A stretch of DNA of 64,000 nt from Gaiellales bacterium (GCA_964203045.1 CAXNKU010000010.1:4490-68489), one strand, 5' to 3'. Counted from the first letter of the stretch, positions 20,609 to 31,482 are shown. Program-made: numbers and translations. The notes: generated from the sequence alone by a model not told the origin.

Positions 20609-21402
20609 TGAACAATCGACTAGCAGGACACACAAACTCGTACCACTCGTACGACTTCGATCAGGCGTTGACAGGCATCGTCGAAGCCGGCTACGACGCG
20701 GTCGAGTTGACCGCCGTCCTCGGCTGGACTGAGCACGTCGATCTCGATGCTCCCCAGGCCGAACTGCGCGCTCGTCTCGCGGACTACGGTCTCGACCTGA
20801 CGGTGCTCAGCGCACACTCCGACCTGACGACACCGGAGGGCGTCGAGCTCGGCATCAAGGCCGTCCGTTGGTGCGCCGACTACGGCGTCCCCGTCATGAA
20901 CACCGCAATCGGTGGGCACTCGAGCCAGGACGAGAATGAGTCGGCGTTCCTCGACGGCATCACGCGCCTAGCGGAAGCAGCCGACGACGCTGGCGTCGAT
21001 GTCGCCCTCGAGATCCACGGCGACATCATGGCCACCGGCGCCAAGACGCTGCCGCTGCTCGAGCGGATCGGCCACCCACGAGTGCTGGTCGCCTACGACA
21101 CCGCGAACTGCGAGTTCTACGGTGACACCGCCGCGGCCGACGACATCGCGACGATGCTCCCATACCTCAGCAACGTGCACCTCAAGGACAAGCGCGGCGG
21201 TCCCGGCGTCTGGGACTTTCCAGGTCCAGGCGACGGTCACGTCGACTTCGCCGCCATCCTTGGTGTGCTTGAAGCCGGCGGCTACACAGGACCCGTATCC
21301 GTCGAGATCGAATTTCAAGGCGAGCCGTGGCCTCCACTGGCGGAGGTGACAGAGGCAATGGCGCGCTCGCGCGTGCATCTCAACGCGCTCGGGCTCGGAT
21401 GA
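20608..21402 (+). CDS. Sugar phosphate isomerase/epimerase (xylose isomerase-like TIM barrel)
   Basis: ALEIH, YDTAN, VHLKD, SVEIE metal ligands. Confidence 0.85.
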   Translation: MNNRLAGHTNSYHSYDFDQALTGIVEAGYDAVELTAVLGWTEHVDLDAPQAELRARLADYGLDLTVLSAHSDLTTPEGVELGIKAVRWCADYGVPVMNTAIGGHSSQDENESAFLDGITRLAEAADDAGVDVALEIHGDIMATGAKTLPLLERIGHPRVLVAYDTANCEFYGDTAAADDIATMLPYLSNVHLKDKRGGPGVWDFPGPGDGHVDFAAILGVLEAGGYTGPVSVEIEFQGEPWPPLAEVTEAMARSRVHLNALGLG

Positions 21403-22418
21403 TCGGCGTCGCGATTCTCGGCTCGGGCTTTATGGCCCGTACGCATGCCGCCGCTTGGGCGGAGCATGCGGATCGAGCCGAGGTTCGCGTCGTCGCCTCG
21501 CGGACGATCGAGGGGGCGGCCAAGGTCGCCGAGATCTGCGGGGCCGAGGCCTCGGACGACCTGCTCGCAGCGTTGGCACGCGATGACATCCAGGTTGTCG
21601 ACATCTGCCTGCCGACGCCGCTCCATCGTCCGATAGCCGAGGCGGCGTTCGCAGCCGGTTGTGACGTTTTGCTTGAGAAGCCGATTGCCTTGACGATCGA
21701 AGACGCTGAGGCGATTATCGCGGCGCGCGATGCGAGTGGTCGCAAACTGCTGCTCGGATTCGTACTGCGCTTTTGGGCCGAGTATGAGGAGCTCGTGCGT
21801 CAGGTCGCGGCTGGCACCATCGGCACGCCACAGGTCGTCAGCACCTTGCGTCTGTCGGCACCGCCCGACTGGAACGAGTGGATGTCTGATCCCGAGGTAT
21901 CGGGAGGTGTGGCTGTCGATTTCCTGATCCACGACATCGACCAGATCAACCTTCTGCTCGGCCGGCCACTGTCGGTGCATGCCCGTGCCGTGCTGGCTGG
22001 TCCGCACGATGCGCCGCAGCACATGATCGCGACGATCACGTGCGAGGGTGGCATCGCGACTGCCGAGGGCGGGCTGTTGCTGCCCGCCAGTTACCCCTTC
22101 ACGAGTGGCATGCGCGTGCTGGGAACGGGCGGCGTGATCGAGTACCCGTTCTCGGCCGCGCCGAGCGAAGATGGCGGAAACATCGGTGGCGTTGATCAAG
22201 CAGCGAATGCGCTGACGGTCTATCCCACGACTGGTGCGGCACGCACGATTGACGCTGCGGGATCCGATCCATGGGGCCGCGAGGTCGGCTACCTGATCGA
22301 CTGCATTGCCTCTGACACGACCCCTCAGCGCGCGACGGGCGAGGACGCGCTGCTCGCCTTGCGGGTCGCCTTGGCCGCAAACCGCTCGTTGCAGAGTGGA
22401 CAGTCTGAGCAAGTTTAG
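21399..22418 (+). CDS. Gfo/Idh/MocA oxidoreductase
   Basis: GSGFMA, LEKPIA, DFLIHDID. Confidence 0.88.
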   Translation: MIGVAILGSGFMARTHAAAWAEHADRAEVRVVASRTIEGAAKVAEICGAEASDDLLAALARDDIQVVDICLPTPLHRPIAEAAFAAGCDVLLEKPIALTIEDAEAIIAARDASGRKLLLGFVLRFWAEYEELVRQVAAGTIGTPQVVSTLRLSAPPDWNEWMSDPEVSGGVAVDFLIHDIDQINLLLGRPLSVHARAVLAGPHDAPQHMIATITCEGGIATAEGGLLLPASYPFTSGMRVLGTGGVIEYPFSAAPSEDGGNIGGVDQAANALTVYPTTGAARTIDAAGSDPWGREVGYLIDCIASDTTPQRATGEDALLALRVALAANRSLQSGQSEQV

Positions 22419-22499
22419 ACTGTAGAGAAATTGCTACTTGCATTCTCTGAGTTGTGGAAGTTACAGTAACGCCGAATGGAGACGAGGGAGAGAGATCGA

Positions 22500-23603
22500 A
22501 TGAAGACCGGACTTGTTTGGGACGAGCGTTACATGTGGTGGGACACTCGTTCGGGTGCCGCCTTCATGCCGGCCGGTGGCTGGCTCGAGCCGGGTGAGCA
22601 CGCCGAGAACCCCTCGACCAAGCGCCGCTTCAAGAACCTGATCGACGTCAGCGGTATGGCCGATCACCTCGTCCCGGTCAAGCCTCGTATGGCGACGGTC
22701 GAAGAGGTCGAGCGCTACCACACCAAGGAATACGTCGCTCGCATGAAAGAGCTGAGCGACACTGGTGGTGGTGATGCCGGCGAGATCACACCCTTCTCCG
22801 GTGGTGGTTTTGAGATCGCCCTGCTGGCTGTCGGTGGCACGCTGATCGCGATCGAGAAGGTCGTCAGCGGCGAGCTTGATACGGCCTACGCGCTGGTGCG
22901 GCCTCCTGGCCATCACGCGCAGAAAGATATTGGCCGCGGCTTCTGCATGTTCTCGAATGCCGCTCTCGGTGCGATGCATGCGCGACAGGCGCTTGGCCTT
23001 GAGCGCGTCGCCGTCGTCGACTGGGACGTGCACCATGGCAACGGTACCCAGTGGGCGTTTTACGACGACCCATCGGTGCTGACGATCTCGCTGCACCAAG
23101 ATCGCTATTTCCCGATGGACTCCGGCATGGTCGACGAGGTCGGCGAAGGGGCAGGCGTCGGTGCCAACATCAATGTGCCGCTGCCAGGAGGGTCGGGCGT
23201 CGGTGCGTATGTCAGCGCCTTCGAGCGCGTCGTGGCACCAGCACTCAATCGCTTCCAGCCCGACCTGATCCTCGTGGCCTCGGGCCTCGACGCCAGCGCG
23301 CTCGATCCGTTGGCTCGACAGCAAATGCACTCTGACGGGTACCGCCAGTTGACGCGGGTGTTTATGGACACCGCCGCGGCCAACAAGTCGCACCTCGTCT
23401 TTACGCATGAGGGCGGCTACTCCGCGGCATACGTGCCGTTTTGCGGACTGGCCGTACTCGAAGAACTGACCGGGCATCGCACGCCGGTCGAAGATCCGTA
23501 CCTGCCGATCTTTGCAGGGATCGGTGGACAGGATCTGCAGCCGCATCAAGCGGCTGTGATCGATCAGTCGGCTGCGCTTGTGGAGAACGTACCGACGCGT
23601 TAG
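22500..23603 (+). CDS. Class II histone deacetylase family (acetylpolyamine/acyl-lysine deacylase-like)
   Basis: RPPGHHA, GFC, DWDVHHGNGTQ, GLDA..DPL, HEGGY. Confidence 0.92.
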   Translation: MKTGLVWDERYMWWDTRSGAAFMPAGGWLEPGEHAENPSTKRRFKNLIDVSGMADHLVPVKPRMATVEEVERYHTKEYVARMKELSDTGGGDAGEITPFSGGGFEIALLAVGGTLIAIEKVVSGELDTAYALVRPPGHHAQKDIGRGFCMFSNAALGAMHARQALGLERVAVVDWDVHHGNGTQWAFYDDPSVLTISLHQDRYFPMDSGMVDEVGEGAGVGANINVPLPGGSGVGAYVSAFERVVAPALNRFQPDLILVASGLDASALDPLARQQMHSDGYRQLTRVFMDTAAANKSHLVFTHEGGYSAAYVPFCGLAVLEELTGHRTPVEDPYLPIFAGIGGQDLQPHQAAVIDQSAALVENVPTR

Positions 23604-23646
23604 TACCCCGCTTCCAGTTGGAAGCACAACCTTGGAGGGAAGATTC

Positions 23647-25014
23647 ATGATCGAAGGAGAAGAGGGCGCAACCCCCGCTGACGAGATCGTTCAGCAGTCG
23701 GTTCGACGTCGCACATTTCTGAAGGGTGGTGCCGTTGCCGGTGCCACGTTGATGGTCGGTGGCGTGCTCGCCGCGTGTGGAGCCGCCGATGACACCAGCG
23801 GTGGTGGCGACGCAGCCGCCAGCGGTGACGGTGGCGGTGGTTCGAAGGCCGACTACGTAATCGGTTGCCTGTATCCGCTGACCGGAGCCAATGCTGCAGA
23901 CGGTGAGCAGATGACGAACGGTTCCGACCTCGCCGTGCAGGAGATCAATGCAGCTGGCGGCATCGGCGGTCGCATGATCAAGCGCGAAGTGCTCGATACA
24001 GACATTGGCAGCCCTGAGCAGATCCAGCAGAACTACCAGAAGCTGATCGACATGGGCTGCGACTCCATCATCAACGGCTACCTACTCGCATGGGACGCCG
24101 CGATGGACATCGCCGCGCAGTACGGCGCACCGTTCCTCAACGCGTCGACGTCTCAGGCTCAGTGCGATCTGATCAACTCGGATGCGAAGTACAACTGCAT
24201 CTTCCACGTTGACCCGCCGGAGACGTGGTACGGCCGGGGCTTCCCCAAGTTCCTCAACGATCTTGAGGCAACGGGCGCCTGGAAGCCACGCAACAAGAAG
24301 ATCTACATTGTCGAAGGCAACGTGCCTTACTCCCAGGTGATCTCGAAGGTCACGCAGGAGACGGCTCCCGAGTACGGCTGGGAGATCGCTGGCGTCGAGC
24401 CGATGGGTGCTGGTGCCATGGCCGACTGGGGCCCAGTCCTCTCGAAGGTCAAGGCTGCCGACGCGGCAGTTGTCATGAACACGCACTACCTGCCGTCCGA
24501 GTTGGCGACGTTTACGACCGGCTTCGCGGCCGATCCGACCGACTCGTTGCTCTACGTGCAGTACGGCGCTTCGGTGCCGGAGTACCTCGAGCTCGCAGGA
24601 GACTCTGCCAACGGCGCTATCTGGGCCACGGTGACGGGTGTCTACGGCGATGCGATTGGCACGACCTTCGCCGAGCGGTACGAGACGGCGTTCAGCAAGC
24701 CTGCGGGCTACTCCAACTCGGGTACTGGCTACGACGAGGTCTACATGCTGGCCACCGTCTGGGCGATGCTCGGCGATTCGAAGGACTTCACGAAGGTCAA
24801 CGACTCGCTGCGCAAGATCATCCACCGCGGTGTCAACGGTGGCTACTTCCTGCCGCAGAACTTCGGCCTGTCCTTCCCGGCCGAGACGCCGGACATGAGC
24901 CTCTCGCAGGCTCATCTGTTCTTCCAGATCCAGAACGGTGCGAACGGCACGATCATCGCGCCGGCACCGTTTACCAACGGTGAGTACGCTCCTGCCCCTT
25001 GGCAGAAGAGCTAG
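23647..25014 (+). CDS. Liv-type ABC substrate-binding lipoprotein with Tat signal
   Basis: RRRTFLK twin-arginine motif and LAAC lipobox; PLTG...LAVQEINAAGGI. Confidence 0.88.
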   Translation: MIEGEEGATPADEIVQQSVRRRTFLKGGAVAGATLMVGGVLAACGAADDTSGGGDAAASGDGGGGSKADYVIGCLYPLTGANAADGEQMTNGSDLAVQEINAAGGIGGRMIKREVLDTDIGSPEQIQQNYQKLIDMGCDSIINGYLLAWDAAMDIAAQYGAPFLNASTSQAQCDLINSDAKYNCIFHVDPPETWYGRGFPKFLNDLEATGAWKPRNKKIYIVEGNVPYSQVISKVTQETAPEYGWEIAGVEPMGAGAMADWGPVLSKVKAADAAVVMNTHYLPSELATFTTGFAADPTDSLLYVQYGASVPEYLELAGDSANGAIWATVTGVYGDAIGTTFAERYETAFSKPAGYSNSGTGYDEVYMLATVWAMLGDSKDFTKVNDSLRKIIHRGVNGGYFLPQNFGLSFPAETPDMSLSQAHLFFQIQNGANGTIIAPAPFTNGEYAPAPWQKS

Positions 25015-25032
25015 TCGCGGTACGGCCCCAGA

Positions 25033-25749
25033 ATGCTTAGCGGACAAAACATCCGAAAGACCTACGGGGCCTTCGTCGCCCTCGGCGGAGTCTCAATCTC
25101 CGTCGAGGGTGGCAAAATTCTTGGTGTGGCCGGGCCTAATGGTGCCGGCAAGACCACGCTGTTTGACGTGCTGACGGGTCGGGTCAAACCCGATTCGGGC
25201 AGCGTAATGCTCGACGGCGTCGATGTCACCCGGCAGGGCGCGTTCAAGCGTGCCCGGCGCGGACTGGCCCGGACGTTTCAAGCCCCACTCGTACCGACGT
25301 CGTTGACGGTGGGCGAGGCACTCGAGGTGGCCCGCACGGCGTACTCGCCGCGGATCGATAAGACCGACGAGGCTGCGCTTCGCGCCCTCACCAATTTCAC
25401 TGCACCCGACAGCAAGCTTGCTGGCTCGCTCGACACGCTCGATCGTCGCAAGTTGCTGCTGTGTTCTGTCTTGCTCCACAAGCCGAAGGTCTTGCTGCTC
25501 GACGAGCCGTGCTCCGGTCTCCTGTCCGACGAGATCAGCGAGATCGAGACGATCATTCGCCGCCTCGTCACCGAGACGGGCATGGCTGCGTGTGTTGTCG
25601 AGCATCGCCTCGAGATTCTCGAGGCGCTGGCCGAGCAAGTGCTCGTGCTCGATGCGGGCGACGAGATCGCGCTGGGCTCGCCCCACGACGTCTTCCAAGA
25701 CCCGAAGGTGCGCGAAGCCTATTTCGAGGCTCCGGGAACTGCCGCATGA
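25033..25749 (+). CDS. ABC ATP-binding protein (LivG-like)
   Basis: GPNGAGKTT, LLLDEP. Confidence 0.88.
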   Translation: MLSGQNIRKTYGAFVALGGVSISVEGGKILGVAGPNGAGKTTLFDVLTGRVKPDSGSVMLDGVDVTRQGAFKRARRGLARTFQAPLVPTSLTVGEALEVARTAYSPRIDKTDEAALRALTNFTAPDSKLAGSLDTLDRRKLLLCSVLLHKPKVLLLDEPCSGLLSDEISEIETIIRRLVTETGMAACVVEHRLEILEALAEQVLVLDAGDEIALGSPHDVFQDPKVREAYFEAPGTAA

Positions 25750-26423
25750 CCCCTGTTTTAGAGATCAAGGGCCTCGAGGCCGGCTACGGCCCACTGCGCG
25801 TCCTGCACGGCATCGACCTGACAGTTGCGGAAGGTGAGCGCGTTGGCATTCTCGGCCTCAACGGCCACGGCAAGACCACAATGCTGCGCGCAATTGTCGA
25901 CCTCGTCGATTGGCGACAGGGCGAAATTCTCTATGACGGTGAGTCGATCATGAAGGCGCCGACGTTCGCGCTGGCGCGGCGTGGCGTCGTCTTGATGCCG
26001 CAGGGCGATGCCCTGTTTCCTGGCCTGTCCGTCAAGGACAACCTCGACTCTGGTGCCTATCCCGGCGGCACGTGGCGTAAGCGCAAGGAGCGTCGGGACT
26101 ATGTCTGCGAAATCTTCCCGCGCCTCGGTGAGCGCCTTAATCAGGTGGTCGGCACGCTTTCGGGTGGCGAGCGGCGCATGTGCTCGATTGGTCGAGGCCT
26201 GATGAGCGAGGCGCGACTCTACCTTGTCGATGAGCCGTCGCTCGGACTTGGGCCCGGTATCGCGAAGGGTATCTGTGACACCCTGATGGCACTTGACCTG
26301 CAGGGTGGTGCACTACTAATCGCTGAGCAGAACCGTCTCCTGATTGATGGCAGAGTGGATCGCGCACTTCGCATGCACGGTGGAGAACTAACGCCGGACA
26401 CCGGCGAGGATGGGGTGCACTGA
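25746..26423 (+). CDS. ABC ATP-binding protein (LivF-like)
   Basis: GLNGHGKTT, LSGGE, DEPSLG. Confidence 0.88.
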   Translation: MTPVLEIKGLEAGYGPLRVLHGIDLTVAEGERVGILGLNGHGKTTMLRAIVDLVDWRQGEILYDGESIMKAPTFALARRGVVLMPQGDALFPGLSVKDNLDSGAYPGGTWRKRKERRDYVCEIFPRLGERLNQVVGTLSGGERRMCSIGRGLMSEARLYLVDEPSLGLGPGIAKGICDTLMALDLQGGALLIAEQNRLLIDGRVDRALRMHGGELTPDTGEDGVH

Positions 26424-27298
26424 TGACCGGAGTTCTCGTCACAACTATCAATCTGACTGCGATTTACGCGCTCGTCGCCCTCGGCATCTCCCTGACCTGG
26501 GCTGGACTTGGTTTCCTCAATTTGTCGGCGGGTGTGATGTACGCAGGTGCTGCGTATGGTGCGTGGCTCGTCTCGACGGAGATCACGACGAATGTCGTCG
26601 TTGTCCTGCTGGGCGGCATCCTGACCGGCGTCCTGTTTGGTGCACTGATCTGCTTGACCGTGTTTCTCCCACTCGATAGTAAGCCGAACTGGGAGATCCG
26701 CACGCTAACGGCGACGCTCGCACTCAGTTTCATAGGCGTCAACCTGTATCAATGGAAATTTGGGCCGCAATTCAAGCAGTTCGAGCCGCTCTTTTCCTGG
26801 CTCCCCCAGTTTCGTCTGGGTGAGGCACTCGTCAAGTCGACCGTCACGGGTACGGTGATTGCCACAGCGGTTATCGTCACGATCGTACTGATCTACCTTG
26901 GATCGTCACGGATCGGACTCGGTGTGCGGGCGTTGACGCAGAGTGTGGAGGGTGCCGCGCTGGTCGGCATCAACCGCCGCACATCCGCCTTTGCGATCCT
27001 CGGCGTCTCCGGCGCTTTCATCGGACTCGCAGCAGTGCTGCTCGGGCAGACGTTTTTCGTTGAGCCGAATTCGGGTTACGTGCCGCTGATCAAGGGCCTG
27101 ATCGTAGCTCTGCTGGGCGGTCTCGGCTCGTTGCGGGGTGCCGTCATAGCGGCCTTTATGGTTGCTCTCTGCGAGGCGTTGACGCTGCAGTACTTTGGTG
27201 GCGCTTGGGTTCTGGTGACGCTCTTCCTGCTGATCTCGATCGTCTTGATTATTCGTCCGCGTGGCGTGGCGGGCGTCTTGGAGACGACTCGTGCCTAA
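26423..27298 (+). CDS. Branched-chain amino acid ABC permease (LivH-like)
   Basis: YALVALGISL, LGGLGS, RPRG; hydrophobic. Confidence 0.88.
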   Translation: MTGVLVTTINLTAIYALVALGISLTWAGLGFLNLSAGVMYAGAAYGAWLVSTEITTNVVVVLLGGILTGVLFGALICLTVFLPLDSKPNWEIRTLTATLALSFIGVNLYQWKFGPQFKQFEPLFSWLPQFRLGEALVKSTVTGTVIATAVIVTIVLIYLGSSRIGLGVRALTQSVEGAALVGINRRTSAFAILGVSGAFIGLAAVLLGQTFFVEPNSGYVPLIKGLIVALLGGLGSLRGAVIAAFMVALCEALTLQYFGGAWVLVTLFLLISIVLIIRPRGVAGVLETTRA

Positions 27299-28589
27299 GC
27301 GTTCGACTGATCTTGTGCATTACGCAGTACTGGCGGTCGTCTTTCTGATCGCGCTCGTGGTGCCTTTTGTCTTCGGGACACTCTCGATCATCGGCTCGAT
27401 GACGGTGTTCCTGCTGCTCTTGTCGTGGAGCATTTCGTGGCGCCAGGGCGACAAGGTGTCGTCGGATGGCAAGACAGATCGCTCGTCGTGGCTCTTCTGG
27501 GGCATGGCGGGTGTGATTGCGATTGTCATTCCGCTGGTCGCTGGCACGCCGTTTCTGCTGGCGACGATGGTCGCATTCTTTATCTATCTGACGTGGAACA
27601 CGATGTGGGGTCTCGTGCTCGGCACGGCGGGGCTGCAAAGTTTCGCGACGGTTGCGGTGGCAGGTATCTGTGCGTACGCAGCGGCGTATCTGACGATTGA
27701 TATCGCCAGTTCGAATGCGGCTGCGGCCGGCGCTGAGTGTTCTGGTAACCGACTTTTCGGCGTGCCTGTATTGGAATGGTGGGTCGCTGTTCCTGTCGCA
27801 GCCTTGGTTGGTGTCCTCGTCGGCTTCCTCATTTCGCTGCCGGCAATTCGCTTGAAGGGCATCTACTTTGCGCTCTTGACGATCGGTCTCGTGGAGCTCT
27901 GCCGTGCGTATGCGGGTCAAGACAAGTGCAACCTTGGCGGCGCGCAGGGCCTGTACGGCGCCTCGAGCTTTATACCCAGCGACATGATGGGCTCGCTCGA
28001 TGGCTACCGCTATGCCTACGCTGCTGGCCTCCTGATGGTCGCCGTCTCGTTTTTGATTTACTGGAAGATCAATTACGGTCGGCTTGGCCTGCTCTTGCGC
28101 ACTGCGCGAGAGAGTGAGCCGGTCGCCGAAGTGCTCGGCGTCAACGTGGTTCGTGCCCGTATGTGGGTCTTTCTGATCTCGTCCGCCATGCTTGGCGTTG
28201 CCGGCGGCTTCTACGTCGCCTACTACAAGTCGGTCTCACCAAATTTCTTCAGCTTCTCGACGGTGCTGTTGCTCTTCGCGATGATCATGATTGGCGGTAT
28301 TAACTCGCCTCGGGGCATTCTAATTGGCACGATGTTGTTGACCTTTGTGGATCGTCGCTTCGTCGATGTCAGTCCGCCAGAGGCGCGCTTTATCTTTATT
28401 GGTCTACTGCTGCTTGCAGTGACGCTGCTTGTCTCGAACGGCCTAGTCTCCGTTCCCGAGCAGCTCCGTCGCCGTCTTGAGGGTCGGGGACAACGCGGCT
28501 CTGGGCCGTCTGCGGACCCGCCCGAAGAGCAGGGGGCGATCGAGCAAGAAGCCCACATGCCACCGGGGTCACGCCCCGGTACCGGCTAG
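27291..28589 (+). CDS. Branched-chain amino acid ABC permease (LivM-like)
   Basis: RLKGIYFALLT, IGGINS; multi-TM. Confidence 0.87.
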   Translation: MPKRSTDLVHYAVLAVVFLIALVVPFVFGTLSIIGSMTVFLLLLSWSISWRQGDKVSSDGKTDRSSWLFWGMAGVIAIVIPLVAGTPFLLATMVAFFIYLTWNTMWGLVLGTAGLQSFATVAVAGICAYAAAYLTIDIASSNAAAAGAECSGNRLFGVPVLEWWVAVPVAALVGVLVGFLISLPAIRLKGIYFALLTIGLVELCRAYAGQDKCNLGGAQGLYGASSFIPSDMMGSLDGYRYAYAAGLLMVAVSFLIYWKINYGRLGLLLRTARESEPVAEVLGVNVVRARMWVFLISSAMLGVAGGFYVAYYKSVSPNFFSFSTVLLLFAMIMIGGINSPRGILIGTMLLTFVDRRFVDVSPPEARFIFIGLLLLAVTLLVSNGLVSVPEQLRRRLEGRGQRGSGPSADPPEEQGAIEQEAHMPPGSRPGTG

Positions 28590-28625
28590 ACCATACGCCC
28601 CCGCGGCACGAGGAGGATCCCGACC

Positions 28626-29948
28626 ATGGCCGAACAGGAACTCGTCACCAAGGTGACGACTGCGATTGATGCGCTCGCGACCGAAATGATCGACGCGCTG
28701 TCCGAGGTTGTGCGGATTCCCAGCATCAACCCGAAGTACCCCGGCCAGGTCTATGACGAGGTCGTCGGTGGCGAGGGCGAGGTCAGCAAGGTCTTTGCAC
28801 GACACTACGAGGCGCTGGGCGCGAATGTCGATCTATTTGCGATTGAGCCGGGCCGCGAGAATGCCGTCGGCGTCGTCAAAGGCGCTGGTGGTGGACGCTC
28901 GTTGATCTACAACGGCCATGTCGACGTCGTCCCGGTCGGCGATGCCGCCAACTGGACGGGCGGCGATCCGTTTAGCGGCAAGATCGACCACGACCGCGTC
29001 TGGGGTCGCGGTGCGACCGATATGAAGTCCGGCATCATGGCTCAGGCCTTTGCCGCGCGTGCGCTCAAAGAGTGTGGGATCTCGCTGAAGGGCGATCTGA
29101 TCCTCGAGGCTGTCGTCGGTGAAGAGGTGATGGACCACGAGTGTGGTGTCACCGCCACGATTAAGCGTGGCTACACCGCGGACGCCGCAATTGTCTCGGA
29201 GCCGAGCTCGCCACCGTCGCCACTCGCAGTGGTGCCGATCTCGCCTGGGCTGCTCTGGTTCTCGGTGACGGTCTCTGGCAAGTCGTCGCACTCGTCGATG
29301 CGCGGCAACTCCTTCCGCGCCGGTGGCGATGGTGCGAGTGTTGGCGTCAATGCGATCGATAAGGGCGTGCTGATCTTCAATGCGCTGCGGCAGCTCGAAG
29401 ACGAGTGGGGCCTCACCAAGCAGCATCCACTATTCCCGCCCGGCCACTTCACGATCCATCCTGGTGTCGTCGTCGGCGGCCCTCATGGCGTGATGGTGCC
29501 GTTCTTCCTGAGCGAGTTTATGACGATCGACTATTGCGTCTGGTATTCGCCGGACGACAATCCCGAGGACGTCAAGAAGGAAATCGACCTCCACATCCAT
29601 CGTGCGGCTCAGCTCGACACGTGGCTGCGAGAGCATCCGCCGGTCGTTGACTGGAAGATGAATTGGCCAGCCAACACGCCGGATGCCGAGGAGATTACTG
29701 GCATCACGGTGAAGGCGCATGAGCAGGCCGCGGTCGGGTCGCGCTTCGCGGGCACTCCCGACGTGGTTGGCTTTGCGGCGGTTGAAGACTGCACGTGGTT
29801 GACGCTCGGTGGCGTGCCCGCCATCTCGTATGGGCCGGGCGATTTGCGCGTCGCCCATGCGGATGACGAGTACGTGATGATCGACGAAGTCGTGACGGCC
29901 TGCAAGACCTTTGCGGTCGCTGCCATGGATTGGTGCGGCGTAGCCTGA
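28626..29948 (+). CDS. ArgE/DapE family M20 deacylase
   Basis: NGHVDVV, GRGATDMK, GEE, YGPG...AH. Confidence 0.9.
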   Translation: MAEQELVTKVTTAIDALATEMIDALSEVVRIPSINPKYPGQVYDEVVGGEGEVSKVFARHYEALGANVDLFAIEPGRENAVGVVKGAGGGRSLIYNGHVDVVPVGDAANWTGGDPFSGKIDHDRVWGRGATDMKSGIMAQAFAARALKECGISLKGDLILEAVVGEEVMDHECGVTATIKRGYTADAAIVSEPSSPPSPLAVVPISPGLLWFSVTVSGKSSHSSMRGNSFRAGGDGASVGVNAIDKGVLIFNALRQLEDEWGLTKQHPLFPPGHFTIHPGVVVGGPHGVMVPFFLSEFMTIDYCVWYSPDDNPEDVKKEIDLHIHRAAQLDTWLREHPPVVDWKMNWPANTPDAEEITGITVKAHEQAAVGSRFAGTPDVVGFAAVEDCTWLTLGGVPAISYGPGDLRVAHADDEYVMIDEVVTACKTFAVAAMDWCGVA

Positions 29949-29985
29949 GTCTGGCCCATGCCAGATCACATCGAAGGGATTCGGC

Positions 29986-31458
29986 ATGAACGCGAACGAG
30001 TTTTCGTATCAGACGACAGCAGAGTTGGCACGGCTGGTCGCGACCAGTGAGGTGACGCCGGTCGAACTCGTCGAGTGTGCAATCGAGCGCATCGAAGAGC
30101 GCAATCCGTCGCTCAACGCCGTCATCTACAAGGGCTATGACACGGCGCGCGCCGAGGCCAAGGTGGCCGAGGCCGCCGTGCGCGATGGAGCGCCGCTTGG
30201 TGTCTTGCATGGTGTGCCGACGCTGATGAAGGACCTGTTCGACTTCAAGCCGGGCTGGAAGTCCACGATGGGTGGCATCCCCGCGCTCAAGGATCTCGTG
30301 ATCGACGCCTATTGCGTCTGGGCCGAGCGTGTCGAAGCGGCTGGTGGCATCATCGTCGGCAAGACCAATAGTCCCGTGATGGGCTACCGCGGCGTCACCG
30401 ACAACCCACTGTTTGGTGCCACGTGCAACCCCTTCGATACGGCGCGTAACCCAGGCGGCTCGTCGGGTGGCAGTGCGGCGGCGGTGGCTGATGGTTTGGT
30501 CTCGTTCGCCGAGGGTACTGACGGGGGTGGCTCGATTCGGATCCCCTCCGCCTGGTGTGGCACGTATGGCTACAAGGCGTCGTTTGGTCGGGTGCCGCTC
30601 GTCATGCGCCCGAATGCCTTCGCCGGGACGCAGCCAACGATCGTCGAGGGGCCGATTACTCGTACGGTTGAGGATGCCGCGCTGGTGATGACCGCGCTTG
30701 GCGGTTTCGACGGGCGTGATCCCTATAGCTCGCGCGAGACCGTCGACTACATGGGTGCGCTCAACCAGTCGATCGAGGGCATGCGTATTGCCTACAGCCC
30801 CGACCTGGATGTGTTTCCGATCGATCCACGTGTCGCGTCCACTGTCGCCACTGCAGTCAAGGTCTTCGAGGAGGCTGGCGCGCATGTTGAGGAGGTCAAG
30901 CTTGGCCTCTCGATCGACCAGCTCGAGTTGGCCCGTCTGTGGTGCCGCATGATCATGCCGCTCAACATTGCTGGCCTTGATGCTTTTGCGGCAGGTGGGC
31001 TGGACCTGATGGAGGGCGACAACCTGCCGCCGGTCTATCGCGAGTGGGTCGAGACCTGCCGCAACATGGGCCTCGCCGATCTGCAGCGCGATAACGTCAT
31101 GCGTACTGAAGTCTTCGACGCGATCCAGGGCGTCTTCGCCAACCACGACATGCTCGTCACACCGACGCTGTCGGCAATGCCACCGCTCAATCAGCCTGGC
31201 GGCGACACGATGGGTCCGTCCGAGGTCAATGGTGTTGCCATCGATCCAAGCATTGGCTTCTGCCTGACGTACATCACGAACTTCTCGCATCATCCGTCGG
31301 CATCGATTCCGGCCGGACTGTCGGAAGGGTTGCCGGTCGGCATGCAGCTGATTGGGCCGTCCGGAGACGATTCGGCGGTACTCGCAGCGAGCGCTGCCTA
31401 CGAGCGCCTCCGCCCGTGGCTCGATACGTATGAGATCTGCCGTCAGCGGCCGATCTAA
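29986..31458 (+). CDS. Amidase (amidase signature family)
   Basis: KD, GKTN, GGSSGGSAAAV, GTDGGGSIRIP. Confidence 0.92.
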   Translation: MNANEFSYQTTAELARLVATSEVTPVELVECAIERIEERNPSLNAVIYKGYDTARAEAKVAEAAVRDGAPLGVLHGVPTLMKDLFDFKPGWKSTMGGIPALKDLVIDAYCVWAERVEAAGGIIVGKTNSPVMGYRGVTDNPLFGATCNPFDTARNPGGSSGGSAAAVADGLVSFAEGTDGGGSIRIPSAWCGTYGYKASFGRVPLVMRPNAFAGTQPTIVEGPITRTVEDAALVMTALGGFDGRDPYSSRETVDYMGALNQSIEGMRIAYSPDLDVFPIDPRVASTVATAVKVFEEAGAHVEEVKLGLSIDQLELARLWCRMIMPLNIAGLDAFAAGGLDLMEGDNLPPVYREWVETCRNMGLADLQRDNVMRTEVFDAIQGVFANHDMLVTPTLSAMPPLNQPGGDTMGPSEVNGVAIDPSIGFCLTYITNFSHHPSASIPAGLSEGLPVGMQLIGPSGDDSAVLAASAAYERLRPWLDTYEICRQRPI

Positions 31459-31482
31459 TCTCGCTGCGCGACGCCGCTTGCG

